From: Octopus sinensis
Lineage: Eukaryota
DNA: 64,000 bases
Direction of reading: 5' to 3'
Assembly (NCBI RefSeq): GCF_006345805.1
Contig: NC_043006.1
Span: forward strand, 70,928,001-70,992,000
The notes under the pieces are model-generated. The model saw only the letters and a program-made list of their open reading frames with translations. It was not told the origin of the DNA and did not search any database. The translations under genes and the position numbers were made by a program. Below are positions 61,701 through 64,000 of this stretch, one piece after another (position 1 is the stretch's first letter; every line of letters starts with the position of its first letter).

Positions 61701-63584
61701 TCAAGTTGAATTAACTTTTAAAAATATAGTTGTGTGTGTGTGTGTGTGTGTAAATGCATGCAGAGAAAGATTAAAGAAGACTGTACTGCTTTGGATTTGT
61801 TATGCATGCAGAGGATGACAGTTGGATAAAAAAGTATCAAATGATCCATGTGGAAGGAACTTGTGCAAAAAGAAGATTGAGGAAAGCAGTGAAGGTTGAT
61901 CCCAAGAGGCTCAACTTCAACAAGGGACTACAACACCAAACTTGAGAACCTATGCTAGAGAAAACCCGTTCCATGTAAGTATAGAAAAAAGACATACACA
62001 ATATACTCAAACACACTAATTTACATGTGTGTGTGTGTCTATTTATAATACCTATTCTTTTATTCTTTTGTTTCAGTAATTTGACAGCAGCCATGCTGGA
62101 GCACCACCTTTAGTTGAATAAATCAACCCCAAGACTTATTCCTTGTAAGCCTTGTTCTGTTGGTCTCTTTCTGCCAAACTGCTAAGTTACAGGGACATAA
62201 ACACACCAACTTCGGTTGTCAAGAGGTGGAGGGACAAACAAAGACACAAATAACAAATACATACATATCCATACGACAGGCTTACTTCAGTCTCTGTCCA
62301 CCAAATCCACTCCCAAGGCTTTGGTCGGACCAAGACTATAGTAGAAGACACCTGCCCAAGGTGCCACACAGTGGGACTGAACACGGAACCATGTGATTGG
62401 TAAGCAAGCTTCTTACCACAAAGCCACTCCTGCAATACACACACACACACACATATATATGCAGATACATAAATCCCAAACAGATTCAATCCAATGCTTC
62501 TTTCATTAAGACAAATTAAGAAAAAGATTTGAGGCCTTTTTGTTAAATTAACTGTATTAATTAGTTAAAGATTAATATTTTCAATGGGAGAATAACAGGA
62601 GAATTAGAGTGGGGAATGGAATGTAAGAGAAAGGAACAAGGAGTAAAACAGAGAGGAAGAGAGAGAGAAACTGTATGTGTGTGTATACGCACAAATAGCT
62701 TGTACCCAATCATCTATTTAAAACTTGGATCCACCAGAACATCTCACAGACACTGTTCCCTGGAAAGAAGACATCACTTCACTGACTTGTATAGGAGCAA
62801 TGAATATAAGGTATGATCAAAAAGTATCAGCACTGTTGCTATGGTAACAGAGGTAGAATATGCAGAGTGAAGCCACTTAACACAGATTTACCTTGAATCC
62901 TGTCACCACTCACTTCTGTTTATAACAATACTTGGAAGTGTGTAGACTGTGGTCATTTCAGAAAGAAGATTCATTTCAGCTGTGGCAGGATCTCTTTGAT
63001 TGTGTCAAGGAAGACAAAAGCTTTTGAAAACGGTTGTAATCATGGGTCTAAGGCTATGACCCCAAAACCAAGGCTGTCATTGCAGTGGAAGATTCTCAAC
63101 AAGATTGCAAAACGTCGAGGAAACCCAAGACGAGGCAGCTGCTTGCTATCCCAAAAAAGGAGTTCCAAAAATACTTCCATCAATGGAAACGCTGGATAAA
63201 GTATATTGTTAGAAGGAGACTACTCCATGGGATATTAAATGCCAAATTGATATGTGTTGTATTTTCTTTTCATAACACCAATCCTGATACTTTTTGATCA
63301 GACCTCATATACCCAGGGTCAGACCAAGGAGACAACTGAGACAACCAGGACTTCAAAGCTGAGCTTAAAGATACGTAAACTTCACTTCTATACAAGGCAT
63401 GGTTATGATGTATTTAGTAGGGCCCTGCAGTAATAGACTCTAGGTGAAAAAACTATGAAAAGCAATGGTACTTACAGGGTAGCTTTCTGCTGGACAGGTC
63501 TTTCTCAATGGAGAGGCAGGTTTCATCTAGAGGTTTATTAATCCCTAGTTTGATTAAAGCAATGTCCTTCACCTCAGATACAAG
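49337..63584 (-). CDS. USP40: Ubiquitin carboxyl-terminal hydrolase 40 (C-terminal ubiquitin-like region; gene continues beyond the window)
   Basis: 11 in-phase GT-AG exons on -: 63584-63476, 61692-61604, 61066-60934, 59791-59652, 58203-58116, 56999-56783, 54430-54365, 53598-53367, 52284-52186, 49788-49688, 49463-49337 (1401 nt). The translation matches remembered vertebrate USP40 C-terminal motifs: WHLRK..WC, AKYFP.K.EW, PY..KDGD.I.VK, DFST..DD, PE..L.I.V. Assignment is from recall, not a database search. Confidence 0.9.
49688..49788 (-). CDS. USP40: USP40 exon (NISEE...DFSTAKDD...)
   Basis: Acceptor aaccag|aac; donor ga|gtatgt. Confidence 0.9.
50820..51135 (-). mobile_element. SINE family B copy
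   Basis: Colinear with 2365-2810. Confidence 0.8.
51234..51365. mobile_element. Tc1-type MITE, 132 bp
   Basis: TIR CAGTCGTGGCCAAAAGTTTGGAACA / TGTTTCAAACTTTTGGTCACGACTG with TA TSDs. Confidence 0.9.
52186..52284 (-). CDS. USP40: USP40 exon (KGTSRSRRK...PYCIKDGDLIAVK)
   Basis: Acceptor ttttcag|aaa; donor aaa|gtatgt. Confidence 0.92.
53367..53598 (-). CDS. USP40: USP40 exon (PEEILL...AKYFPSKCEW...)
   Basis: Acceptor gacag|g; donor aag|gtaagg. Confidence 0.94.
54365..54430 (-). CDS. USP40: USP40 exon (NLKLPDTCQIGVQVL..ENL)
   Basis: Acceptor tttcag|a; donor ag|gtaaga. Confidence 0.87.
55730..56065 (-). mobile_element. SINE family A copy
   Basis: Reverse complement of 20800-21226. Confidence 0.8.
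56783..56999 (-). CDS. USP40: USP40 exon (LDNLEVSKMSTLEELK...)
   Basis: Acceptor tgtag|gt; donor ca|gtaagt. Confidence 0.92.
58116..58203 (-). CDS. USP40: USP40 exon (GNILISAWLF...)
   Basis: Acceptor attacag|ggt; donor a|gtacgt; closes phase 0 to 1. Confidence 0.8.
59652..59791 (-). CDS. USP40: USP40 exon (EGWHLRKVSWC...GKLPQK)
   Basis: Acceptor ttaccag|tg; donor aag|gtaaat. Confidence 0.92.
59825..60500 (-). mobile_element. Cluster of SINE family C copies
   Basis: Three repeats of GAAAGGC(T/A)AAGT.GA....GGAATTTGAACTCA, the reverse complement of family C. Confidence 0.7.
60934..61066 (-). CDS. USP40: USP40 exon (ITVFVGFG...ETVEGCI)
   Basis: Acceptor cccag|atc; donor g|gttagt; phase 0 to 1. 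Confidence 0.85.
61604..61692 (-). CDS. USP40: USP40 exon (WGEDMIQNVL...RRDE)
   Basis: Acceptor tttcag|tg; donor gag|gtgagt. Confidence 0.85.
62085..62433 (-). mobile_element. SINE family A copy
   Basis: Reverse complement of 20800-21226. Confidence 0.8.
62807..63307 (+). mobile_element. Internally deleted mariner transposon
   Basis: TIRs TAAGGTATGATCAAAAAGTATCAG / CTGATACTTTTTGATCAGACCTCA with TA TSDs. Residual transposase: a frameshifted ..GYDP.TK..S.QWK-like stretch, and LLAIPKKEFQKYFHQWKRWIK. Confidence 0.85.
63476..63584 (-). CDS. USP40: USP40 exon (LVSEVKDIALIKL...RKLP)
   Basis: Acceptor ccacag|ctt; donor t|gtaagt. Confidence 0.82.
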
Positions 63585-63726
63585 CTGTGGAATGAATCAT
63601 GGGAGACAAGAGTGAGGCAGAGGAGAAAAACAGAAGTGAGGATTTACTTATTTAAAACAATTACATTAAACTGAAATGATTGACAATGATAAAGGCTCCA
63701 TCCAATTACTGAAAGAGGCTGTAAAC

Positions 63727-63888
63727 CAGCAGTTTTCAGTTGCAGCTCCCTAGGCCACATGCAGCCCTCAAGCATCTTTCCAATGGTCCCCAACAGTCTT
63801 CCCTCTATAAATATAAATTTTTCTTTGACTTGAGTTTGACTTTTTCAGTGTGGCTCCCCTAACAAAAAAAAAAGGTTGAGAACCATAG
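63727..63888. mobile_element. hAT-Charlie-type MITE
   Basis: 8-bp TSD CTGTAAAC on both sides (fits NTNTANAN); right end GGTTGAGAACCATAG. Confidence 0.8.
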
Positions 63889-64000
63889 CTGTAAACCCTA
63901 ACATGTGACTGACTCAGCTTTACATGTTTATTCCAAAACAATGCTAAACCACCATATTTAATAAGGCCAGCAACTTTAGGGGAAGGAGGTTATTCAATTA

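Noticed and set aside
62910-62980. Possible USP40 exon (EMNLLSEMTTVYTLPSIVINR) with a gtgagt donor
   Set aside because: It lies inside the mariner remnant 62807-63307, and exons 63584-63476 and 61692-61604 already join in phase.

Overview
This is AT-rich, repeat-dense metazoan genomic DNA. The SINE and microsatellite landscape and the gene content suggest an octopus or other coleoid cephalopod (inferred, not proven). It holds two convergent multi-exon genes that I assembled by hand from splice sites and reading phase. (1) A secreted-type animal haem peroxidase on the + strand: 11 phase-consistent exons, 18021-47458, 624 aa plus stop, 5' exons unresolved. All catalytic motifs are intact, but it has lost both cysteines of the C-terminal disulfide and carries a Cys/Thr/Pro-rich insertion. 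(2) The 3' part of USP40 on the - strand: 11 exons, 63584-49337, 466 aa, continuing beyond the window. One peroxidase intron holds a 6.6 kb array of about 66 x 101 bp units with internal block duplications. The rest is SINEs, decayed RTE/CR1/Dong-R4 LINE fragments, mariner/Tc1/hAT/piggyBac-type MITEs, a 28S rRNA fragment and microsatellites. The most unusual signal is a tRNA-headed SINE-like element whose 3' tail folds into a Penelope-type minimal hammerhead ribozyme. It occurs at two loci, each with an inverted 5' duplication. Almost all ORFs in the supplied track are microsatellite or repeat artefacts.
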